Of a stretch of DNA of 22,968 bases, positions 1 through 9,891 are shown piece by piece. The stretch spans positions 186,001 to 208,968 of the forward strand of contig JALDZX010000039.1 of assembly GCA_022813865.1 (NCBI GenBank). The letters are read 5' to 3'. The notes under the pieces were generated by a model. That model worked only from the letters and a program-made list of their open reading frames with translations. It did not search any database and was not told the origin of the DNA. The stretch's first letter is position 1; the number at the start of each line of letters is the position of its first letter. Source of the stretch: Xylographa opegraphella (Eukaryota). A program made the position numbers and the translations under genes.

Positions 1-802
1 GATGGCATTCTGGTCCGGGCCAAGGATGAGATGATCGAGTATGCCAGCCAATGGACCGTCAAGCCAGAGGAGCTGGAGGAGAAGACCGCTGAGATGCATA
101 ATGCCGCAGGTACACAAGCCGTTCCCATGAATACGACTTAGAGGTGCCGACGACTGACACGATAATAGTGTACTTTACCGGTGGTGCCCAGCACCCTCCC
201 AAGCGAGTCAAGTTCGACTTCTACTACATGCACTGCGTCAACTGCTCCATTTTCTTCTCCGCCTTCCGCAAGCAGCCGTGGATCAGTCCGGCGAACAAAG
301 TCCGCTTGCTCGAGTGGAAGAGCCGGCTCGACTTGACGATGTATGTTTCCCGCCACTGCCCACCGCCCCTCCTCGACGACATCATCCACTATCAACCCCG
401 TGAAGCGGGCCAACCCGGGAGTACATGGGAAGGTATCATCGAGAGGGTGCTCAACCACCCAGACGACGGCCACGCCAGCAAGCTCGTCCGGGCGATCGCG
501 CATGCAGAGCAAATAAGCAAGCCGTTCGACGGGAGCGAGAAGTTCAGGATCAACGGCCCGATGTGGTTGCAGCTTGGGAATATGGGTGAGAAACAACCGC
601 ATTCGGCTCGCGGAGTAGATGGACGCTAATTCTGAGCTGTAGCCATTGATTCGGTGGCGGGCAGCGAGAACGAAAGCTCGAGCTGGGTGCGCTCGGCGGG
701 TTTCGACCAGGCGTGGGAGAAGTGAGTCCTTGCTGCACGCACCCCAGAGGGTGCCTTACTGACTGGTCTAGGGTCGAGGATCGGCCACGGGCTCAATTGT
801 AG
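1..802 (+). CDS. Questin oxidase-like / HypA-like oxidoreductase (DUF4243 family), 5'-truncated by the window edge; exons <1-109, 169-585, 643-721, 772-802
   Basis: Three GT-AG introns (110-168, 586-642, 722-771; branch points CTGAC, CTAAT, CTGAC) join into one frame: DGILVRAKDEMIEYASQW...FDFYYMHCVNCSIFF...LLEWKSRLDLTMYVSR...DDGHASKLVRAI...WVRSAGFDQAWEKVEDRPRAQL*. The DF.YMH..N and DDGH..K..RA motifs match the family as I remember it. Confidence 0.88.
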
Positions 803-1149
803 TGTAAATATGTACGGAAGCACGGCGGTCGCAAAATTCTATCTACTGTATATTACACACGTGCAGCTTATTGCTGGTTTATACCACTCATAGCATTTCA
901 TCGCACTCTCCCTACCTCTTCCACCCTTAGTACACAGTATTCCATCTATGTGACGCGATAGGGCGAATCCCTGTGCAAAGCGATACGTCGAGATATCAAA
1001 GCACACGGTCCAAAAGCTCCATGCCCACGCCTTAGACTCTGCAAACACGATGCCTCGCAAGTGCACTCTATGTTCGCTCAGCTCATCATCCAACTCATCT
1101 CTTCCCCATAACCATAGGCCCGTGATTGTGACTATAGCAGACGAAGAGG

Positions 1150-1449
1150 TCAATGGTCATTGGGAAAGCTGGGAAAGTATGGGATATTAGGCTTCAAAAT
1201 CCCAGGCGTGGTGGAAGCAGTCGGGTCAGGGGCTCCGGAGAAGACAGGAAGTACCGAATCAGTAGTCCCGACGATGTTAGGAAGAGTCGGGCTTGGAGGT
1301 TTCTCCTGTCCCACGGCCACCTCCGTAGTGTTTTACCCATTGGGGGGCCAATGATGCGTCGAGGGCAGTGGCGGGAATGGAGGAGACCTAGGAAGGGGGA
1401 TCGCGAGAACGCTGGCGCTGAGGAAAAGAAATGTGAAGATGTCCTTCAT
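1150..1449 (-). pseudogene. Small secreted Pro/Thr-rich protein gene (99 codons) interrupted by an in-frame TAA at codon 39; alternatively an intact 38-aa secreted peptide
   Basis: Good start context (ccaacATG at 1449). Signal-peptide-like MKDIFTFLFLSASVLA|IPLPRSPPFPPLPSTHHWPPNG, TAA at 1335-1333, then the same frame continues NTTEVAVGQEKPPSPTLPNIVGTTDSVLPVFSGAPDPTASTTPGILKPNIPYFPSFPNDH* (TGA 1152-1150). Not in the ORF track. Confidence 0.6.
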
Positions 1450-1917
1450 GTTGGATGGCAGCGAGATGCGCTTGGCTGGGTGTTTCGATGGTAGATAATC
1501 CGGATCGACTGCGGTACTGACCGTCGTTTTGGATGTGTATTCGGGAAAGCCTTCGATGCTGAACTGGAGATGCGCTGGATGAGTTTTTTATCAATGGAAA
1601 ATGAGGCTGTACATACATATCATCTGCTACAATGTAGATCCGAGGCCGACAGCAGAGTCTGGTGGATTCATATGGTACCAACTGTTGTCGTTTCAATATG
1701 CGTTTATGTTTTGAGTCTCGACAGCTTTGCTTGAACCTGCCTGGAAGATGCCTTTTAGCTATCATCGTGGTAATCCTCACTAACAGTTGCAACAAGATTC
1801 GACTTTGTTGCAATTGCAATATGATGGTCGCTAGTGAGTGAGATGTATCACGAAATCGGTAAGGGTGAACTGCCGGAGATTCCACCTGGGCCAACTATTA
1901 AGCATTTTAGAGTAAGG

Positions 1918-2014
1918 AAGCCGGTACGGGCCGCCGTATTTGAGTGGGACGAATTATCTAAGCCGGGTTACTGGAATCGTTCAATTGAAGTCGTCGTAGG
2001 ATTAAGCCGGCTTA
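1918..2014. promoter_or_regulatory. Repeated AAGCCGG motif, including the perfect 12-bp palindrome TAAGCCGGCTTA; candidate transcription-factor sites
   Basis: AAGCCGG at 1918-1924, TAAGCCGG at 1959-1966 and the palindrome at 2003-2014, in the divergent intergenic region between the genes starting at 1449 (-) and 2929 (+). Confidence 0.3.
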
Positions 2015-2272
2015 GGCAGATAAAAAGCAAATTGTTGACAGAGCTGAATTTGAGCACAAACATTAGTGGAGGGGAGATTAACGTGACAGTAAACGGCAGA
2101 ACCAAAGAAAGCATAATATAGAATACGAGTAGTGATCAGCATATCATGTTTAATTCTTTTCCATATTTCATTGTTGTGCTTCGGATATTGTGGTCGTCTG
2201 ACAGCCACCGGGCCGATCGGTTAAGCAATACTTCACATCTTGATACATTGGTTAATTGTCTGAAAATATCGT

Positions 2273-2470
2273 GCCAGGCGTAATGGCTATTCAATATGAC
2301 AGGACGATACAGAGGTGGAAAGCGCCAGCAAGGCGCTCACGATGTTGCCATGTGTGCACCAGCCAAGCAATTACGGAGTACTAGCGCTATCGAACCGCAA
2401 GATAGCCGGCCGCTGATGTTGCGCCAAGACTTTGCTAAGACCCTGCCAAGCGAGCCGAGATTCCGCCAAG
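2273..2470 (+). promoter_or_regulatory. Cluster of five PacC/Rim101 consensus sites (GCCARG)
   Basis: GCCAGG at 2273-2278; GCCAAG at 2362-2367, 2423-2428, 2445-2450 and 2465-2470. All are on the same strand, 460-660 bp upstream of the ATG at 2929. Confidence 0.6.
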
Positions 2471-2928
2471 TGAATCGAGATTCCGCCACGAGGCATCCAG
2501 AACCTGTTTTTCAGCCTCTCTGCTCTCGGAGAGAACAGATGAGAGACAGCTCGCTTAGCCTTCGTCGGCGGATCGGGGATAGTGAGCTCGATGGTGAGCG
2601 CCTCTTTTGTGATGTTCCAGCAGCGCTAACCTCCTTTTTGTCAAATGAGGCTTTTGGTGATAGGGTGACAGCTTCTCTAGTGCACGCCTCAGGGAGCGAC
2701 CAAATTTTTGATGCTGAGTTGCGGGCTCCAGAAAGAGCCGCATTCAAGTACTATCGCTGTGCTGTTGGACATAAAAGGGTTCTTTGGTCACAGCTCTGCC
2801 ATTCGGCTCCGGTCTCGCTTCAGCGATCTGCCCTGCGCCCTTCTGCAGTCTGTATACTTTCTCTGCCACAAGCGGAGACTTTTCACGTTTCCACATCATT
2901 GCGTTGTTCAATCTCCACTGACGCGACC

Positions 2929-3618
2929 ATGCGCGCTGCTACACTTCTCCATTCCCTCCCCCCTCTCCTCCTCTTTTCGCCAGCTAGCCTTGCATTCGCC
3001 GTCCGCCTCCCATTTGCCCTTTCCTCCCATCCATTGCTACTCCCTCGTCAAGGTGACGATCCAACCACCTCCGACGACCCGCCAGAAAGCCCCGATAGTC
3101 CCGACAACCCTTACAACGACCCCTACTACACCGACCCGGTATACACCAGCTTCGACCCCGTGGAGACGGCCGTCGTGACCGTGCCGACGATCTACAACCC
3201 GAATTACTACGACTCGACCACCGACTACTATGATTACTCCACTGCCGACTATTACGACTCCACCACCGACTACAACTACGACTCCACCACGGATTATTAC
3301 TACGACACCGCTACCGACTCCAGCTATGACACCAGTAGCTATTACTACGACGGCAGTAGCAGCGACTATTTCGCCACCACCGACGGCGGCGGAGGTATGA
3401 CTACTACGCCGATGTCAGTGCCGACGACATACCAAACCTCCGCCGGCGGGTCAGTACCAGCTACGACGACGCCCCAAACCTCCGGACCCACGGCCACGTC
3501 GGCGGGAGGTGCTGTCGGCAGTGTGGCCCCGAAGAGTGAGGCTGGAGCTGTGGCCCAGAGCTTGGTGCAGCAAGGGATGATGGCTGCGGCGGCGGTGGTT
3601 ATACTGGCTGTTTGGTAA
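2929..3618 (+). CDS. Predicted GPI-anchored, acidic Ser/Thr/Tyr/Asp-rich cell-surface protein (229 aa, single exon)
   Basis: accATG at 2929. Hydrophobic signal peptide MRAATLLHSLPPLLLFSPASLA, pro-peptide ending ...LLLPR|Q, Tyr/Asp repeats, Thr/Ser/Pro-rich stalk, small-residue omega region (KSEAGA) and hydrophobic tail MMAAAAVVILAVW*. Third codon positions are strongly C/G-biased. Confidence 0.85.
   Translation: MRAATLLHSLPPLLLFSPASLAFAVRLPFALSSHPLLLPRQGDDPTTSDDPPESPDSPDNPYNDPYYTDPVYTSFDPVETAVVTVPTIYNPNYYDSTTDYYDYSTADYYDSTTDYNYDSTTDYYYDTATDSSYDTSSYYYDGSSSDYFATTDGGGGMTTTPMSVPTTYQTSAGGSVPATTTPQTSGPTATSAGGAVGSVAPKSEAGAVAQSLVQQGMMAAAAVVILAVW
3205..3372 (+). repeat. Degenerate coding tandem repeat (about 21-27 bp units) encoding YYDSTTD-like motifs
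   Basis: YYDSTTD-YYDYSTAD-YYDSTTD-YNYDSTTD-YYYDTATD-SSYDTSS-YYYDGSSSD-YF; DNA units such as tactacgactcgaccaccgac and tattacgactccaccaccgac. Confidence 0.85.
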
Positions 3619-4877
3619 ATGACTGGTGTGCCAGAGAGACGCGAACATCAGGAGATGTAGGCCGTGATGGTGAAGTTGTCGTGGAGTTCATGGAGCGTTC
3701 TTTTATGGCAGTGGGGAATACCTTGACGATAGGGGTTAGGATTTGTCTTCTGCTTGTGTCCAGGGTGTCGTGATATAATAACCACGGTGCGCTTGTAGGT
3801 TGGGAGTCATTGCTTGAGGGTGATAGGACTGATTGACCTGAGTCCACAAGGATTAATACACACTGTTGAGAAGTGTCACTCGAAGCATGCAAGTATGTAA
3901 TCGTTTCTGACAAGGTGGCACGTCAATAGAAGCGTTTAGCAGATATATATACTGCTATTGTTCCCAGAATTTATACCCAACCGGAGGAGTTTTTTCGGCC
4001 AATCCCACAGGCAAAGAACACCCGATCGGACAAGCCATCTCCAGTATAGTACCATGGTATAACATGAAACTGCTAATTGACCTTAATGCTAACAAAATAT
4101 GGCTTATTTTTGCCTGAATATTACTGATTTAGGTGGGATATACTCCTCACCGGACTCAATCGGCCCATGGGCGCCAAATGATTGTCCTACCGCCGCTTAC
4201 CTGCACGACATCGGACTCCATTGCGCCTCCAACATGGCCTCCAAAGAGTATAAAACTCCTGGAGGAATGAATCTTAAGTTATGCCAGGCCGTACCCATAG
4301 TGCTCGATCTGCTCTAACACGTTTGAAAATTGAAAATACTCTCTCATGGGACTGCACCTCGGTTGTTACGGCTCAGACCAGTGCCATGAACACGTTACCA
4401 GATTTGTCTCTACTCCACTATTTTCCTTTATTCGTGTCTTTGCTATTCTTGAAAGCACATTTCTATCCACGAGCTAATTCTTCAACATCTCTTTCTCATT
4501 TTCTACACCCTATTCGTCCATCGGTTTCAGCCCACGGCACTCTTATCTGGGCCCTCGAGTAACTTCCTCCCTGTCTTGGCTTGGTTCCCCGGTTTGGTAG
4601 AAGGTAAGGTACATTGAAGCAGGTTAGAAGCATAGAAGCTTGCTCGATGTATCCACAAGCGAAGTGGTCGACGTTGTCCTCGTCTCACAGAATACGACAC
4701 TATGCAGATCAAGAAGTCGGGCTTGACGTTCTGCTCAGTTTTCCAAGCATTCCAGCGTCTGTTTTGGCGGCGAAAGTATTTGAACGTCCGGGGCGATGTT
4801 CAGCAAATCCAGGAGATTGAATCACGTCATGGTTCTAAACGCGAGCGCGGTTAGGCTTTTTTTTTTCATTCTATGAT

Positions 4878-7800
4878 TCAGCACCGCCGTGCACGTTTTG
4901 CGGTGCCACTTGTTCCATAATACAAAGAGTGGGTTTGGCGGCACGCCCGCCGTGTTGGTGAGTCGCTGTTGTCACCATTTTGCAGGGAGTTCAATGGAGA
5001 AAGCTCTGTATGCCAGGCAGGGCATAATGACTTGGTCATCATATCGCTGGAAGACAACGGTGTAGGAGAGATCGGAGTCATGCTTGCCAGTTCACATTGA
5101 CTACATGTCGCGACTTGCGCTTGGCCATCAGTATGAAAGTAGCCTCCATGATGGCATCTGGTGTAGGCGTTGGGGATGCTGACAGCGTCTACTGGTGTAC
5201 GTTTAAAAGTTGTGGGGTCCGTACTAGGGGTCGCAGAGCTGGTATCTGTCACCATAGTCTCCATAGAGTATCCGCTGGGATCGGAAAACCTGGAATCCTA
5301 TGTTAGCCAAACATTCTTTTCAAACAAATACATTGGATGATTGCTTACTCGTGGTGCGAAAGCAGTAGTGGCTGTGGATATGAAGCCCAATACCGACTTT
5401 CGGGCGTGCGAGGCTCTCTTGAATTGCTCATATTGTCCTCGGCATCTGCTCTCAACCCGCTTGGCTTCTCCGAAATCACGTAGACCCTTGCTTTTGTGAG
5501 CGACTGATATGTACCGTCATCACAACTCTCCTGAAAACGAACGTTCGTCGCACTGTTTGGTAATCCCAGAAGTGCTGCTTTGATATATTCACTTGCAGAC
5601 CACGTGGCAAGTATATCGCCTTGAGGGAGATAATCAATCACTTTGAGCATGTCGAATTTCGATGACTGTAAGCGTAGACGCCTTCCGAGAGGAATGCCTC
5701 GGCTCCATGAAGCTTTTCCTGTTACGTTTGGTGCATCAGGTGAAGAAACCGGTGCCACAAAAGTCTCGAGTATTGTACACTGTGGCTTCCTGGAAAGTTG
5801 TCCTCGACATCGTTGTCCTGAGCATCTCAGGAGAGTATAAGGGAGAAATAAGCAATCTGAGGTCGTGACAGCAAAAGCGGCCGAGCGCTCTGTGTCTTTC
5901 AACAACCCTGCCCAGGTGTGGGTTTTGGTAGGCATGGTCAAGATCTGATCCGGATCTGTTGAATTCGTGTGCGTATAAACCTCTAGATCTCCACTGCGCG
6001 TGATTCCAGTGTTCGCCAGAGCTGTCAGCAGGTATGCCACCGCTTCACCCAGATTGGTTCTCCATTCAAGCCGGTCTAAGTATAGTTTGGGGAATGCGTC
6101 CAGATCCTCCGACACAAGCGCTTGTTTAAAAGCCCGGCCACATTCAGAACTATCCCATTTGATTGTATTGAGATATGGAGCCATAGTGTTTGATCCGAGG
6201 ATGTGAATCAGTCTTCGTCTCCTTGCATTTCGTGTGCATAAGCTTACTTCAATACCACACCAAGAGAGCAAAGTAGTTGGGTTACGCTTGTCCGGCCACA
6301 TAGTCCATTTCTGAACAAGACTCTGTTTGCGAGTTATTGATGGATGTCGCTGGTACTGTTTCGAGACTCCAATTTGCGTTCCTGAGTAGCCTATACCAAA
6401 ACTGTACGTAGTCGATGCGTTGTACCTGATAGCCGGGGAGGTCCCGTGCGGACGTATGTCTTGCTCTTGTAGGCATTCGTGTTGCAACGTTCCACAAAAT
6501 TCATTCTTCACTAAGCCACTGATTTCCGTTACACCTATGAGAAGTCTTGGTCCTTTGTTTTCTTTAAATGGTAATATAGAATGTTCCATCCTTTCTCGCG
6601 AAGATACAAAATGGCTGAGAGTCTCATCAGATAAAACTTTTATCAAAGGCGAAGCCTGCTTTGTGGGCCACTGTCCGATAGCGCCAGCTCCTAGAGTGTA
6701 GTAATAACCTTCTTCACTGTCCGCTCGCGAACTGTCTTTGGTCAATCTCCATACAGGACCCCATAGGTCCGCCAAGCTTTCTATGGATGCAGAGACGTAA
6801 ACAGGGCTAACGCCAGTGAGTGATGACCCAATGGGATCAATTGAGGCTCTGAAGTGTGTGTCTGTTCCACGTGCTTGAGCGAAATGGGCCACATCACACA
6901 ATGTCCAGACCTTAGCTCCCTGCACAAATTGGTTCAAGCATTCGAGCGAAACAGGCGCAAAAACCGAACCGCTGTCTGGGATCTCAAATACACTGTTTGG
7001 CTTTAGTTGATGCAGTAATGAATCTTCCTCCGAGGTCGAAACGAGATGTGAAGTACAATATGCGATAAGTGCTAAATCTAAAATGCGAGCCAGATATCGC
7101 CAGCGGGACGTAAGGACGCCTAGACTGGAACAATCACACAGATTCTCGAAGCAGCCCATCTCAAGAACAGGGATCAACCAGTGATGTGAGCTTAAAGTTC
7201 TCCTGTTTCCAAAACTCAACGAGACAAGAATTCCAAAGCCACTATGCATGGCCCAGGACAGACTACCAGCGATGAGATTCAAGTATTTCGCTAAGCTTGT
7301 AAATCGCTCCAGCAATATCGAGATCAAGCGAATGACACCTGGCCGGTCTTCGACAAATAAATTTATTTCCTCTCGACAAACTCCCCGTTTTTGAAAAAAC
7401 TCTATGGTTCGGCACACCGAAACAAGAATGTTTCGACTCGTCATTAGTGATTCAACATGACTGGGAAGATTGGGGTCAATTTCAGATCCCAAAGCACTGG
7501 GCATTATTGTCTTGATATTGGCAGAACCAGGCCGCGACAACCAGTTTTGAAAAGCGCATATACACTCCTGAACACTGCCTTGACTTCCACGGGATCGCTT
7601 ACCATGAACTAAGTTACCGGAGAGATGGCGAGAAAATACAGCATCAGTAGTTAGAAAATCTTGCCAACTTGGCTCCAAGAGTCGAACGGGACATCCTGCG
7701 GGCAGTTTTGATTTTGCATAGAGGTTTTTCAATGAAGAGATACCGGGCACAAAGGTACATCGGTCCTCGAAACCAATGCTTGATGGGTCACGATAGCCGA

Positions 7801-9116
7801 ACCAAAAGTAAGATTGCTTTAAAGTATACCACTGAATCCTTTGATGCTCCTCGATATAGTCAGATGGACTCAGTAAGTCAAGGTCGGTGTCAAGGCCCAA
7901 CATTGACATGTTGTGCCTAAAGCTTGGGGTCTCAAAAACTGGACTCGTAGGAGGCGAACTAGATTTATGAAAAGAGTCTCTCATGGTTTCGGAAGTCCTC
8001 AGCTCCGACACATTGGCAATAGACGCCGTAAGTGCGATCATAGGACTCGGTAGTCCTGACAAGGAGGTCTTATAGAACTCAAGTCCTTGGACAGTATTGG
8101 GTTTTGCATGCTTAATTGACGCTCGCTCAGTGCGACCAGAGTCGTTGGTTTTGTTTTTCAATTGAGTTTCCGGCACGGTTGCCTTTGGGACATCAAGGCC
8201 CACGGCCGAGTCGTTGAATAGCGAGCCGTTCACCTCGGCTACTCCAAAATCAAAATTTATGCCAGAATCGTCCCAGTCTGTGGGCGGGCTAAGAACTGTG
8301 CGGGTGTCCGGGGATGGTTTCACGAAACGGGACGGGCCAGCCATGGATTGAAGTGTGTCCAAACCTTGTCCCATACACTGACATTATAACCATTAGTGCT
8401 GTGCACTGTCCACAGTTCATAGGATATAGTAAATTTCAACTTCGGTAAAATGGGAGGAGATTGAACGAAGACCTCACCTTTGCCTCGACATGCTGCCATT
8501 TTTCACCCACTTTGTCAGCCAAGATCTTCCACATTATTTCCCGGCTTTCAGTATATGCTTGTGCCAGTTTCTCCAACCCAACGCCGCCCAATGGTTGAAA
8601 TTTAGCTTTCTCCATCCGTCGCCCATGTCTCTCCATCAGTCGCTCCATCAGTCGCTCATGTCTCTTACGGCATGCGTTGGGAGTCTTTGTCGGAAAGTAT
8701 TCGGAGGCAATATCAGCCCAATTCATGGCCCGAGATCGAGCTTTCTGTAGAATTTCATCATCATCATAGGACCAAGCAATGGATTGTTTCGCGTTAGACG
8801 CCAAACGATGTTTGCTAGGATTATCTTTCTGATCACCATGTTCAACAGTTTTGTTATGCATAGACACCTCTATGCTCGATGGAGTAGTGAATGCTGAGAG
8901 GGCTCCTGAAGTCCTGCTTCCATAAGATGATGGTGGATTACACAATTGTCTATTGCGCGCGGTTGAATCATATTGCGAGTCGGGAGGAAGTATAGAATCG
9001 TAGGATGAAGACCAAGGAGTGCGCTGGTGGAAATGGGACGAGTGCCCCTGATGATCGGCAGCTGAATAAACATCCATAGACACAGGTACAGTAGAATGTG
9101 GCACTGAAGAAGTCAT
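4878..9116 (-). CDS. Large (~1,359 aa) protein with an N-terminal Myb/SANT-like domain fused to a ~1,000-aa uncharacterised region; exons 9116-8478, 8377-5349, 5289-4878 (start codon uncertain)
   Basis: Myb-like motif WSYDDDEILQKARSRAMNWADIASEYFPTKTPNACRKRHERLM. Intron 8477-8378 (GTGAG...CTAAT...CAG) restores KWQHVEAK|CMGQGL, the continuation expected for this fungal Myb family. Intron 5348-5290 (GTAAGC...GCTAAC...CAG) joins the 1009-aa ORF in frame to the 128-aa ORF (HHE|FSDPSGYSMETM). Confidence 0.8.
8631..8654. repeat. Perfect 12-bp tandem duplication (CTCCATCAGTCG x2) in the Myb-like domain
   Basis: Copies at 8631-8642 and 8643-8654 give RKRHERLMERLMERH on the minus strand. Confidence 0.9.
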
Positions 9117-9891
9117 CAAGAGACAAGGTATGGAAAGTCAATTGAATGGGTAAGTACGAAGTGGATAACAATAAACAGTGGAAATGATTTTTTTCGGATT
9201 TTTTTCGAGAATTGAAGGGGACACCGCAAGGCTACCTACTGTGAGATATGTAAGTAACACAACTTGTGCATACTCTAAATTTAGCCTTTGCATGCTGCGC
9301 CGGCGAGTACGGAGTAATGGACGACCCAATCTATTGGCCACTGGTGCCCCATAGCCTTGCATCCGCACGCATGTTCTGTCACTATACGACCGGTTTCAAG
9401 TCATGAAAGCTGCGAGATAGGCGAATAGTTATGACGGTTCGAGGAAAAACTACATGTCAATTGTCGTCAGTCGAGTGAAGAAAGAATATGAACAGGTGAG
9501 GTACTTTGTACCGCTGTGAGTGTTTGGCAACGAGGCGAACGACGCCCCAAGCGACGTACTCGTTAGCGTATTCTCAACGCACTCTGTCCAGAATAAACCA
9601 CAACTGCTTCACAGCGTGATGGCAATTCCGATCGTCCCAACAATGGAATTACCATCTTAGGTTTCTTAAGATATATTCTTGACGCCTGCCTACAGACTCA
9701 GTCTTGAGTATCTCGATTCAAGTATTCTTGCCGCTAAGTGCATTTATTGTTTTATACAATAAGCCGTGACGCAACCCCGAGTACAGGTCGGCGTGGTCAC
9801 AGAGTACGTTGGGGTTCCTCGTTGATCAGTCTGAAGTGTGAGCTGGATTTCGTGTTGAACATGTATTAAGTGTGAAGATGAGTTCATTGTT

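Noticed and set aside
1..802. Secondary-metabolite cluster implied by the questin-oxidase-like gene
   Set aside because: No PKS, NRPS, tailoring enzyme or transporter gene downstream within the window. Sequence upstream of position 1 is not visible.
2296..2928. 211-codon N-terminal extension of the GPI-protein ORF (440 aa in the ORF track)
   Set aside because: It would bury the signal peptide, lacks the codon bias of the downstream part, and overlaps the GCCARG cluster. ATG 2929 has a good context. Treated as promoter/5' UTR that happens to be open.
3205..3372. Tyr-containing repeats as a fungal RiPP (dikaritin) or Kex2-processed repeat-peptide precursor
   Set aside because: No dibasic KR/RR sites between repeats, a GPI-type tail is present, and there is no DUF3328/UstYa or tyrosinase gene in the window.
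4050..4562. Short + strand ORFs and intron-like signals between the convergent genes
   Set aside because: I could not assemble a coherent exon chain or recognise any motif.
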